From Selaginella moellendorffii (lineage: Eukaryota > Plantae > Lycopodiophyta): DNA of 64,000 bases. Of this stretch, positions 1-11,300 are shown one piece after another. Each line of letters opens with the position of its first letter. Positions within the stretch are counted from its first letter, which is position 1. Below the pieces are notes generated by a model that did no database searches, was not told where the DNA came from, and saw only the letters and a program-made list of their open reading frames with translations. The translations under genes were made by a program, and so were the position numbers. The DNA is taken from contig NW_003314268.1 of NCBI RefSeq assembly GCF_000143415.4, positions 728,128 through 792,127 on the forward strand, read 5' to 3'.

Positions 1-47
1 AGTAGTTGTATACCAGTCTGGTGTTATACTTTAAGAATACCTTTATA

Positions 48-70
48 TTGTGTGTGTGTGTGTGTGTGTG
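48..70. repeat. (TG)n microsatellite; paralogues 19052-19066 and (CA)n 44691-44710
   Basis: Read directly. Length differs among the three copies. Confidence 0.9.
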
Positions 71-639
71 TAACTAAATATATATTAAATTATAATATTT
101 TCTCAAGAAACATAAAATAGTGAAACTAATAAAACTTTATTACCAATAAAAAGTTGCTTTAAATATTAGCATTCTTGATTTCATAGATTTTAAGAACCCA
201 TAAAAATATAAACTTGCAACATAATAACTAAATAAAGGAAAATGTCGTAAAGAGTAAAAAGAATCAATTAATAATCAAATTTCTACTTGGATTACAATTC
301 TCAATTTAATCAGTATTTAGTAGGAACTTTTATTTATAATAACCAAACGAAGACAAGTGTTTCTACTTATCAATTTCCTATACAAGAGTATCTAAAAGAG
401 TGCTTGTGTGTGGAGGCTGGTAAAATGTTGCAATGCTGATCTATCTATCAAACTGCAAGAAATTGCAGAGGTGAAGGGAAGTCTCTTGCCAATTGTTACA
501 AGTGCGATGGCCTTTAGACTCTCATTCACGATTTGAAGCTTTCTTTGATGCTCACGTACAGCAATCTTACAAGTTTGATTGGTGGCGACGTGCAGAAATT
601 TAGTTTTTTTCCCATACAATGGTAACAACTTTGACTGTC

Positions 640-1260
640 TGGAAGGAGGTGGGCAAGCCTTTTCATCCGCTTATGACCTTCTAGACCAAGTCAAATGGCT
701 TTATACCATATGGAACAACTGGAGGTGCGTACATATTAGCTCCTGAGTTCTTGCTCTAACGTGGTGTCGTGGTGTCGTGTGCCTGGGTGCCTAGAAAGTC
801 GAACACCTTCGCTATCACCATCGTTACCCCACAGTCCAGCAGGAGATTTAAGGCAAAGCGTCCTTTATCAACGTGCACGTCTTCAAAGGCTTTGGAATTC
901 TTCTAGTCTCATGTGATTTTGCTTTTTCCCAGAACCACTGGAGGTTCTTGTTAATAGTATGACTCTCATCATTGTTTTTTCTTGTTTCGTTCTTTTTATT
1001 TCACAGGTGGAGCTGCTAAATTCCCAGTGGATTGAAGATCGTTCATTTGGTCGGGTCGGTTCAAATTTACATGCTATGTGATGGTAATGCGTCTGGAGCA
1101 AACTATGTAAGATCTTATTTTCCTCAGCTGGATTTGTTTTTCCATTTTCTAATCAAGTTACGGGGACAAACTGATCAGGAATCCTTGCAAACGTACAAGA
1201 AGATCCACGATGTTAGAGACAAGTCTACAGATTGCAAATACTCGGCCTACATGGTAAAGT
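640..1260 (+). pseudogene. Possible spliced gene fragment of unknown family (also in copies 2 and 3)
   Basis: Polypyrimidine-CAG acceptor at 1006, candidate in-frame 72 bp intron 1107-1178, donor at 1254. Confidence 0.25.
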
Positions 1261-2269
1261 TCACGAGTTTTTCGGGGGATGCCTTGCCAAGCGGCTGCGC
1301 CGCAAGCCCTAGCGTGCTCTAGGTATCATCTTGTTGCTAGGATCAAAGTCGGATCTCGGACCTTTCAGAGATTCAAACATTATGAATTTGAACATTAAAT
1401 CATCGTTTTTACAGCTAAATCAAAGAAAATGATATGAAAAAAACTATCACGAGTCTGAACTATTCCGCTGCTCACTGCTCTTTAGCTGCTTCCACTTTTC
1501 TTTTTGAAGCTGCTGCCCCTGCTTGGTTTAAGAAATTTTTCGTCTTTAAGCTGCTCAATCTTTGCTGCTCGATCTTAGCTGTTTCAGCCTGCTCCCTTTC
1601 TCTCCAAGTTTTAAAATCATCTTACAGTTTTCCATTCCCACTTGCTCGATTCTTATGATCTCTGACGCTGGTTTTATCTTTCGCTGCTTCAAGTCCTGCT
1701 CCACCCTCATTTACATATTCTTCTGGCGGCCTCCTATGATCTGGACCAAGTTGGCAGTCAGACTATTTTCCAAATAGAAAAGAAACATAATCTCTCAACT
1801 CACAAGTTGGCCAGAATAAGCAGCTCCTTAGCGTAGTCTCTGAGATGTTTTATTTATTTAGTCTCGAAGAGACGGCCTCCAACGATCTGGACCAAGTTGG
1901 AGCTCAGAAGATATTCCACCAGAGGAGAAAATTAAAAAACAAAAAAATACCATAGGATTTGTTGCTGATACTAAAGGAGCTACCATCACAATTTGTGTGT
2001 CGCTGCAGCTTGCTTCTTCTGTTTAACAACACGGATGAAATGAATGGAAGAGGAAAAAACGAATGACTCTACGTACCCTCGGTCCACATTTCTCGATTGT
2101 AAAGGTGGCCATTGAACCTCTGAATCGCTTTGCACCAGCTTCCACGTTCCATGAAACTCGTCCGATCTTCTGTCTTTATGACTCTAGCTTCGTCTTAGAG
2201 TTCGCTCCAGCTCTTGTAGTCTCCGCATGTCAGGGGCGAACATCAGCCGTTTTTCAGTCTTTGTGAAGC

Positions 2270-4480
2270 CGAACCTCTGGCTCCGCCGCCACAAGCAGTT
2301 TCTTCGAGTTCGAGATCATCTTGCCATCATCATCTTCTATCATCCAAGCACCTGTAAGAGTGATCCTGGACAGCATTGAAGCTCTCGTCCCGTTTCCGTC
2401 AACTAGAGAGCTTTGTCTTTGATCCGTCTTGGCATCTCATCTTCTCCTTCATCTCGCTGTTCTCACGCCAACGTTTGATGGACTCTTCTCCACTCGGCTG
2501 GCTGACTGCTCCGATCTCGGCCACTGTCTCGGCGAGCTCCGCTTGAGAAGCCCAGATCTTGACAAAATTATCTGCTATCTCCCGATTGATCAAGATATCT
2601 CCGAAACTTTGGAGTCGAGGGAGGATATCTCCTCGAAGAGGTTGATCTTCTCTTGACTTAGAAGTGTGGAGACTGGTCTCTGGCGCTTTGGAGGCTTGCT
2701 ACTGCTTCCCTGTGCTGCTCGAGCTGTCAGTACTTGGCTTGCACCTCTGTTCTGTATTTGACTCTCGAGAGCTGGTTACTTCTTGAACTTCCATTCTCGT
2801 TTCTTCGACGTGCTTAGAACCTCTGGCAGTTAGGGAATGCTTCCGCCACTTCAGGCCTTGATCGTGCTGAGAAGCTTGAGCGGAAGCATGCAAAAACACA
2901 GCTTCCTGCGAAGCCAGATGCTCCTTCTTGTCGCATGTAGCGTCCATCTGATCCGTCAAACCTCTGCTCTCACATCGGTTCTCCTCGGCTTGTCTTCTTC
3001 ATCCTTCAGAGCTCCTCGCCCAAAGCTTTGCTTTGCATCTGGCACGTCTCTCTCTCCTCCAGCGCCTCGAGTCCCGTGATCCTCTCCATCAGCTGCCAGT
3101 TACTTGCTTCTCCAGCCTCGCCTTTGCGCTTCCAAACTCCGCCATCACGTGCTCTCGCCGAGAGCTCCACCTCGTGCAGCGGATTCGACTCCGTCAGCCA
3201 TTATCCCCTGGGGCTTCTCCTTCAAGAACTCCTGTCCGAACACTTCCCTCATTCCACCAGATGACAGAGAACGTCTAGCGTAGTCTGTCTTATAGTCTCT
3301 GCAGCCATCCGAAACCCCAGTCACGAGGAGCTTCAGCTATATCGTCTTCTCGCCATCTTGCAGCCATCTGACACTGGTTTACGTCGTTCCTCGCTACTAT
3401 CATGGACAGCCTTACCGCAGCAGGCGCTCCTGAATCATCTCCGTCCACTGGAAAGCCGAGAAGATAGATCCCTCCTTGCTCCAGACACTGTAGAGTGTAG
3501 CCCAACTTGATCCATTGATCTTCTCTTGACTTAGAAGAGTGTGGAGGCGGGCTAGCCTGTTTAGATGCCGAAGTTTGATGGACTCTGCTGCACTTCCAGC
3601 CGACTGCTCCGCCTGGAGCCTCGTCAACCGCTGCTTTCGACTCTCCATCTCGGCCACCATCTTCCGAAACTTTCAATTCCAGTCGTTGATCTTCCCTCGA
3701 CTTAGAGTGTGGAGACTGGTCTTTAGCTCAGACTTGACGCTTTAGTGACCTGCTACTGTGGTGCTCGACTTGCTTGGATATTTGGCCACAGCTCCGAGTT
3801 TTCCCGCTCCAACTTTTGGATTTGATTTCCCTTGAAGCAATCTGACACTGAGTTCTTTGCTGATACTTTCATCCGAGCAGCTGTACGAGCATTCCTGGAC
3901 AGCCCTGACCCGTTTTCAAAGTCTCTGTCAACTAGAGAGCTCTACCAGATGACAGAGAACGTCGAGTGTAGTCTGTCTTATAGTCTCTGCAGCCCTCTCT
4001 GTGAATCCGAATACCCCCACCGTCACGAGCAGCTTCAGCTGTATCATATTCTCGCCATCACCATCTCGTTGCAGTCGTTCCCTTGCTACTATTCCTTCAA
4101 GCTGTGAACATTATACCGCAGCAGTATCTCCTGTCTCATCTCCGTCGACTGGAAAGCTGATAAGATAGATCTCTCCTTGCTCCAGACACTGTAGAGTGTA
4201 GTCAAACTTGATCCATTGATCTTCTCTTGACTTAGAAGAGTGTGGAGGCTGGTCGCTGGCCTGTTTAGACGCCTGAAGTGTGATGGACTTCTCCGCCTGG
4301 AGCCCTGAGACACGGTTGTCACGCACTGCTTTCACGTCTTGGACAGTTGCAAATCTTTGGAGTCGAGTCCTCGAGAAGGTCGATCTTCTCTCGACTTAAC
4401 TGGTCTATAGCTTTAGTGGCCTCCTCCTGTGCTGCTCAACTTGCTTGGAGATCCAACTTCTGGATTTGACTCTTGAGAGT
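2270..4480 (-). pseudogene. Scrambled remnants of a plant BTB/POZ At3g05675/At1g63850-like gene
   Basis: Peptides DILINREIADNFVKIWASQAELAE (2610-2535) and DWGFGWLQR (~3320-3295) resemble the family C-terminal motifs as I recall them (ILIDR..AEEFV.IWASQ.EL; DDFGWMRR). The region is fragmented by stops and internal duplications. Confidence 0.6.
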
Positions 4481-4494
4481 TGGCTTCTCCGATG

Positions 4495-6195
4495 CTAGAG
4501 TCCGAGCACTGGCCTCCAGTTGACCAATCCTTGCAGCCAACTTCTCGAGCTCGGAGCCAACTTCATTTCTCGTTTCTTCAACGTGCTTAGAACAGTTTGC
4601 TCGTGTTCTCTTCTCAGGTAAACCCAGGGTCTAGTCGTCTTAGAGTTCGCTCCAGCCCGGCCGATCATCTTCTCGCCATCATGGTTCCGACAAAACAAAC
4701 ACTCATCGTTCACTTCAGCTCTCTACAACAAACACGGAAGTTATTAGCAAACGGCCATCTGGAATCTGGAAGGTATATCAAACTTACCTGTCTCCTCTTG
4801 AATTCGGCAACAAAATCTCTCCCCGCACGATCATATAGTTCTTTTGCCTCCTTCACGAAGACCACCTCGCCGGACTGAAGCTTCTTCCACGGTTTCCTCT
4901 CACTCGGGATCCTATCCAGCATTTTCTGGAGCCTCATCATCTTCCGCGCTCGCTTGATCCTCTCTCGGTCGCTGGATTTGCCGTTGAGCTCCTCGTAAAG
5001 CTGCTCGGTGAGTCTGATCAGAATCCGGAGCGCGCTAACACTCCAAGACTTTTCCTCGTGCTTCTCCTCTTCTGTTTCCTCGCGCTTTTCCTCTTCCAAG
5101 CTGCGGATCTTCTTCTCGGTTTTTCCCCTCTGGTTTAGCCACCGGTTTGCCTTGTGGAAAGCTTCGAGATACGCGAACTCAACATAGCCCCCTCGGCCAT
5201 CGCTAAGATGGGTTTCACTCCGCCGTCGGGTGCCGTCGGGAAGAATGTCCTCCGCTGAGGAAGAGAAGCGAACCATCTTCGGCCTGGAACCTGCAAGTCC
5301 AGAAGGCCATCGTGAGTCACAGTAGAAGAAGAATGCGAGAAGCAAAAGGAACCATACCTGGACGACGACCCCCGGCTGGCAGTAGAATTGGCTTGGGTCG
5401 CTGCTCCTCCTGCTTGGGTTTGTCATTCTCCTGCTGCTTCATCTTCTCTTGATCGTCTTCCCGTTCCAGAGGCTGCTTGATCGGCTTGATCATCTGCTCC
5501 TCCTCTTGTTCCAGCTGCTGCTTCATCGGCTTCATCCGCTGCTCCTCCTCCTGTTCCTGCTCTTGCTTCATCGGCTTGATCGGCTTGATCGGCTGATTCG
5601 GCTGATTCTTCTCCTCTCGTTCCAGCTGCGGCTGCTCCTTGTGACCTTGCTCCTGTTTCACCTCGCGCCTGAGTTCCTTCGTCTCATGGGCTTCTTTCTC
5701 CTGCTCCTCCTCGCTCAGCTGCTCAGCTTTCTTCTCTTGCTCCTCCTCCTTCAGCTGCTTCTCGGCTTCCTTTTCCTCCTCTTGTTCCAGCTTCATCGGC
5801 TTCATCTGATCGGCTTCTTTCTCCTCCTCGTTCACCTGCTCGGCTGTCTTCTCTTCCTTCAGCTGCTCCGCTTTCTTCTCTTGATTCTCCTCTTCGTCCT
5901 CTTTCTCTTGTTCCGGCTTGATCGGCTTGATCGGCTCCTTGTGCCCTCGCTCCTGTCGTATCGCTTCTAAGACGATTTTCACCTCGTGCCTGAGTTCCTT
6001 CAACTTCAAGGCGGCGGCGTCCATGGCTTCTCCCGAGACGGCCTCACAGACACGATCTTGGACCTTCAGCTTCGAGGCCGCCGCGTCCATGGCTTCCGGG
6101 TGGACCTTGTTGTCGCCCTTGTGCGCCTTTTTTGGTCGAAAGAGAGACCACAAACCTGTGACGCATCCACTGCGCTCCTGCTCTGTTCGCGCCAT
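4495..6195 (-). CDS. 3-exon hypothetical protein, ~522 aa, E/K/Q-rich low-complexity/coiled-coil (exons 6195-5358, 5290-4788, 4722-4495)
   Basis: Intron 1 (5357-5291, CAG|GTATGG...TTGCAG|G, 67 bp) and intron 2 (4787-4723, CAG|GTAAGT...TTGTAG|A, 65 bp) join the listed 292, 238 and 72 aa ORFs in frame. No homologue recognised. Confidence 0.75.
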
Positions 6196-6300
6196 AGCTT
6201 GCCCTTTGCAAAATGCCTTTAATGCCCTAACCCTTACTAAATCTATTTCACTTTAATGCGTTCGTTTACATTTCTCGGCAGTGACTTAGGCAGCGCCCTG

Positions 6301-6410
6301 GCTCTTGAAACTCAGGCACGCTGGAACCAGCTCACAGGCTGCATCCCAGAAGATGTTTACACACTCTCATCTCTCAATATCTAGACTTGAGTCTGGAACA
6401 AGTCCCTGGA
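6301..6410 (+). pseudogene. Plant-type leucine-rich-repeat fragment (also at 25291-25400)
   Basis: Translates ..RWNQLTGCIPEDVYTLSSLNI then, via frameshifts, LDLS/WNK. This fits the plant extracellular LRR consensus NxLxGxIPxxLxxLxxLxxLDLSxN. Confidence 0.6.
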
Positions 6411-6419
6411 GCTGGTTTC

Positions 6420-7028
6420 TAATGCTTCCAGCTTGAGAGTGCTGATCAAACCAGCTACTGGATACCATCTGACCTCAGTAAACTTTCCAGAAGAAAACAA
6501 AGAAACGAGATGGTAGCTATAGTAAGTACAGTCTTTATGTGCTTTCTTTGTTGGTGAATGTTTAGATGCTTACCCTAGATGTGCCATTCTTAACATGCAA
6601 ACTTTTTGACATGACAAAACTTCAAGAGCATTGAATTCACAAGGTAAGTGCTCTCTATCATTCTCCTTAAAGCTTATGCTTTACGTCATGCAGGAAAATG
6701 CAAGTCAATTTTGGTCATGTTTGCTGTTGAGCTGCATCTTGTTACCAAGCACACATACTTCTGCCACCAATTTGCTTTTTGAAACTTTTGTATGACATTG
6801 AATTTAGCAGACACAAAACTTTTTATTTGTTCTTTTTTAGATACAACGTCCTATGAGTCCATTCTGAGTTCATCGTCAAGCTCAGGTGGTTCAGAGGAAG
6901 GAGGAGAAGCTGTTTTTAGTGATGGAGAGCATGTGGAGTTCGAGGACAATATTAGGGATGATGCTGTTGCTTATATGGTGGAAGAATCGTCATCAGATGG
7001 AGATCATTATGCAGAGAAACTTATGTAG
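6420..7028 (+). pseudogene. Spliced gene remnant with short introns and an acidic last exon (more complete at 25410-26072)
   Basis: GTAAGT donors at 6522 and 6644, acceptors at 6578, 6693 and 6840 (polyT-AG), and an acidic exon (SSSSSGGSEEGGE...). No continuous open frame could be assembled. Confidence 0.35.
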
Positions 7029-7128
7029 AGAAACACTTGATACAATCCTTTCTACTAAGCAAAGAGCCCATTAGGTAAATTATACACTGTAAAATTGGGA
7101 AAATAAACAAATACCAATCATCCACTTT

Positions 7129-8277
7129 TGTAGCGCACTTGGTTTTTACCTCCTATCCTATGGTGATTTACCATAGGATAACACTATGAAGCGGAACCTA
7201 AACCCTCTATGTGCCAAGTGTTATATCCCATGTGTCACATGCCACGTGTCCAAATGACAGTGGTGTGGAACTTGAGGTTCAAGGCCTTGGGCCACTAAAC
7301 GAAAGAACAAATCCCAAACTCCCAAACATTGGAGCCGAGTGACGGAACTGGACCACGAAGCAACTCCCAAGCATATAGCCCAAGGAGTGAAGAGACAGGA
7401 GCCTAGAGTGACTTGGAACAGTCCTAGAGCAACCAACATCCTAATGATAGGATCAACATGCAAAACGGAGCCAAACAGAGTTTAGTGTTATTTTGGCATA
7501 TCGGTGGCCTAACGTAAAGACATGGGTACTTCACTAGCTAGCATGGTGTGGAACTTGGGCTTAGACCTAAGCCAAATGCAAAACAAGGATAGACATGTAA
7601 ACAGGAGTTAAACTATGCCTCAGGTTGGTTGGCCATGCACGACCTACCCACTATCCCTATTATACATTTGAAACCCCATATAACCTCCCTTCCCCCACTT
7701 TGAGGAACACACACTTTGGGCTTTCACCCCAAGCCTCCCTTAGTACCAAAAGTTAGTCTCTAGAACAAGCTTGAAACTCACTAAATATGGAATGTTCTTA
7801 GATTGCAAATTTGAACACGAGATGAACATCATTGTGTTCATAAGAATCTCTACATTCCGTAGATATGCCAAATAAGTAAATTTGGACACTTTTTATAAAT
7901 AGCATTTGGGACCAAAATGAGACTAACACAAAAGGTATGATAACAAGAGTGTTTGGCAAACACAATAAGTTATCATTTAGCAATATTGAGGGACCAAACT
8001 CAATATCGTGGGGGTTTTTAATACTAACAAGTACAAGCCAATGACACAAGTTTCTCAAACTAGGCTAAGTATGCTCAGCAAGAAACACATAAGGGTTCTT
8101 ACCTTATATTTATCCAATCTAAGTGCATGGTTATTGACTAATTTCTCAACTAGCCCAAGTGGGAACTGATAACGGGTCCAACAATACTGACCTCCTGCTA
8201 TCGTGGCAGTAAGGAAATTGTGTCCGTAAGAACTAGCTGACAAATAACTTTCGATACCCAAAGTCACATTCGTGACA
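7129..8277 (-). mobile_element. Solo LTR (1149 bp), family of 29333-36593
   Basis: TGT...ACA termini, perfect 5-bp TSD ACTTT (7124-7128 and 8278-8282), homologous to 29333-30465. Confidence 0.93.
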
Positions 8278-8499
8278 ACTTTATACTCCACATAACATTG
8301 CTATTATCTCATTTATATGTGGCAGAAGTGTTTAACAAACTTTGCTCCAAGTAGTGCAAGAATGGTCATCAAATATTAATCCCAAGTCCTAATATTATCA
8401 ACCTATAGCAATCATAAAAGTAAACTCAACTCTATTAGCAATGTTAGATCATGACCATATATAATACTTTATATGGTAAAACACCCTATACCCTTATGA

Positions 8500-9200
8500 T
8501 ATACACATATTGAAGACATAAAAAATAACAATCCTATTAAAAATTCTTATACATTGTGATCATCCTTTTGAAGGTTTAATGAGCTATTTCACCAAATCAT
8601 TCATTTGTGGATGATAAACACTTGTGAAAGTGTGATATATCCTTAGTTAAAATGTCAAAATATAAAATACCTCATCCATAAATGTAGAACTATTGTCTAA
8701 GAAAATCAGCTCTAGATAAGAATGCTAAAACACCACTCAATTAAAGAGAAAGCATTTAATACCAGTCATAGATGTACTAGCATTAGCACCAACTTCCACC
8801 CACCAAGTAAAGTAGTAAAAAGCAATAATAACACACTCATTGATAGTAATTGACTATGAAAAAGGCCCTATCAAATAAAATGCCACCAATTCAATATCAA
8901 ACTACAATTAACTTTAATTATCTTACAACAATAAAGACAGTATTATAAGTTTAGTACCAAACTCAACTATGCCCATACCAAATAACATCATATCATATCT
9001 TTGACCAATAGAAAGATTTATATAACTTTTTAGTCATATGATGATATTTCATATACCTAACTTGAATAGAAGAGTTATTATGGGTGTGGAGAAAATATAG
9101 AATAAGGCACCACTAGCCTCAAATATGTATCAAAATTAGTCTTCACAAAGTAAAAATGGTCATCCTCAAGGTGATATTGAAAATATAACTATCAAAATAG
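8500..9200 (-). pseudogene. Decayed Ty3/gypsy integrase core
   Basis: LIGPF...IIAFYYFTWVVE (8874-8790), IFLDNSSTF (~8705-8685), FTSVYHPQMNDLVK (8628-8590). It lies downstream of RT, giving the gypsy domain order. Confidence 0.75.
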
Positions 9201-9512
9201 CAAGTTATCAATAACTAATATAGAATTCCTAAACCACCCACAAATCCTTCAAATCCAAAGCTTATCCTTTTGAGTCTTACAAAAGTTCTAGATGTTGTAG
9301 ACATTGAATATCAAACACAACAACTGATAGTGATACAAAATCTTTGTTTAAAAACTCTACTAATGTTGAAACAATAAACTTGTCACGAATATAAGAAGAG
9401 AGTAAAAAAAGGAGAGGAGGTCAAGAAAGAGTATTAGCATTACCTAGGGCGATAAACAACCTCAAAATTATATAGCTGAAAGTTTTAGATCCCACTAAGT
9501 TGTAAAACTAGC

Positions 9513-10159
9513 TATAACGCATCTTATCTCTCTCCCCTTAAGCCAACTAGAAAAGGGGCCATTAATTAATAAGAGAGCTTTTAGTGGCTATTTTATCTCT
9601 ATTTATCCCCCAAGATTCCAAGGATCCACGGTGATAGTATATCCAAATCTCATTCCATAATCACATATGTTACACTCATCCCCCCTTCAAAGATGTTAAT
9701 GTCCTCATTTACTATTGACTAATAACCCCTACTAAGCCAAGGGGAATTAACACTTCCATTTCTACACTGAATCTACTAATCCTTCCATTATATAGATTAG
9801 CTATTCCAAGGGAACCAACACCTCTATTTCCGTACTAAATTTACCAATCCTTCAATTGTGTAGATTAATTATTCCATGTGAGGCAACTAGTCATTCACTC
9901 GTACCGTAGTCCCACGGTGGATACTTTTGTTCATGGATGCTCTACCAAAAGGAAGGACGTACGCATGGATGCCCACTAATCAATAGGATTTGAACCCATG
10001 CCATTTGCTCCGATACCACACTATCTTTCTCCCATTAAACTAACTGGAAAAGGATGAAAGAGCCCTTAATGGTTATTTTATCCCCATTTATCCCCGAAGG
10101 TTCCAAGGATCAACGGTAACAGTATATTTAAATCTCATCCTATGATCACATGCGCTAAA
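9513..10159 (-). mobile_element. TRIM of the same family
   Basis: Two ~150-160 bp direct repeats, PPT at ~9675-9688, PBS rc TGGTATCGGAGC at ~10007-10018, TSD CTAGC/TTAGC. Confidence 0.85.
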
Positions 10160-10175
10160 TTAGCAAAGTTCTTCC

Positions 10176-10463
10176 ATGCTTTATTTCGTTAAAGTGAAAC
10201 TTTTCATTATCCCACTTATGGTATGTGGCCACATGCCATTTTTATAACAACAATAAAAAATTGAAGTTTTAGCTTTATAATTTATAAATTAAAAACTTTT
10301 CATATGATTTTGTGTTATAATATTGTGAAATATAAAAAAATAAATTAAAAAACTGATAGAAATATTAATAAATATTAATTAAGTACTAGGAAATGGCATG
10401 TGGACACATGCTAATTAATGTCCCACTTTACTGAATAAGTCCCACTTTAACGAAATAAAGCAT
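10176..10463. mobile_element. MITE, 288 bp, TIR ATGCTTTATTTCGTTAAAGTG, 4-bp TSD TTCC
   Basis: Perfect 21-bp TIR. Empty sites with a single TTCC at ~28155 and ~54530. Confidence 0.93.
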
Positions 10464-10479
10464 TTCCACTTTAATAATG

Positions 10480-11300
10480 AAAAGACTACAACATAATCAT
10501 TTTTTAACAATGTCTAAAAACTATGCAAATATGTATAAATCTTTTTGAAACTTTTGTTATCATGGAGTAGTTCACCTTCATTGGTTGCAACGTATGGCTA
10601 ATATACACAATAGAATTGTATTAACCAAACACAATCATACTCTCTTGCATCAACACACCTTTGAGGTAATATCAAAAAGCATCTACAAAAGGTTGAGTGT
10701 AGTCAAAATACTCAAAAACTAGAAAAGTTGTCAACACATCTTTGAGATCTGCGAATGCCTGTTCACAATCCCAAATTAGATGAAAAATAATATGAACAAC
10801 TTCATTAATGCTTGCAATGATAAAAAAAGACAATAACATGAAAAAGATATTGCACCTTGCCAAGAAAGTGTTGCATATTGTTCACGCACTTTGGAGTAAA
10901 GAACTTCATAACATTTACAAGTTTGTCAGAATCAATTTGTAAATTTTCATGAAAAATATAATACTCAAGATATATGCATTTTAACCGTATCAATGTCAAA
11001 CTAACTTCCTATAACTGATCCTAATGTTTTACAAAACACCACAAGTGTGTTCCTCCTATGGCCCCTTAAAGTGGATCAAGACATTATCAATGAAATTAAT
11101 AGTCACTTTTAACATATTGTAAAGAATATCATCCAAAAAGTCTCTAAAGAATTATTCAATCTATACAGCATCACCAAAAATTCATATAAATTAAATGGGT
11201 TATAGAAAGTAATATTTAGAACATCCTCCTTATGTAAGCAACTAAATCACTTAACCACACCTTTGACTATTTGGAGGAGTTTCACTCACCATTTTTATAA
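10480..11300 (-). pseudogene. Decayed Ty3/gypsy reverse transcriptase and RNase H linker (paralogues 28160-28980 - and 53700-54530 +)
   Basis: EDVLNITFYNPFNLY.F (cf. ED..KTAF.TP.GLYEF), FIDNVLI at 11083-11094 (YxDD), TPKCVNNMQHFLG, CEQAFADLKDVLT. Confidence 0.85.

Larger units (their letters stand above)
1..7005 (+). repeat. Segmental duplication block A, copy 1 (gene-containing, GC-rich)
   Basis: Nearly identical to 19004-25996 (ORF track repeats at offset ~18990-19000). Positions 1-4542 also recur reverse-complemented at 40170-44759. Confidence 0.97.

Noticed and set aside
1080-1255. SGANY/ESLQTYKKIH resembles the IFT88 C-terminal TPR as I recall it
   Set aside because: Too short and flanking residues do not match. 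It needs a profile search.
1434-1777. Short + strand ORFs and a - strand coiled-coil-like stretch
   Set aside because: Stop-riddled, with no recognisable family.
5449-5970. 173-aa Leu-rich 'membrane protein' ORF (and 24439-24960)
   Set aside because: Antisense shadow of the GAG/AAG/CAG-rich coding strand.
1-7005. Block A as a Helitron
   Set aside because: No clear 5'-TC start or 3' hairpin-CTRR terminus at shared boundaries, and homology extends into the flanks as a segmental duplication.
9513-10159. TRIM as Cassandra or as a tRNA/5S gene
   Set aside because: No 5S rRNA similarity in the LTRs and no cloverleaf.
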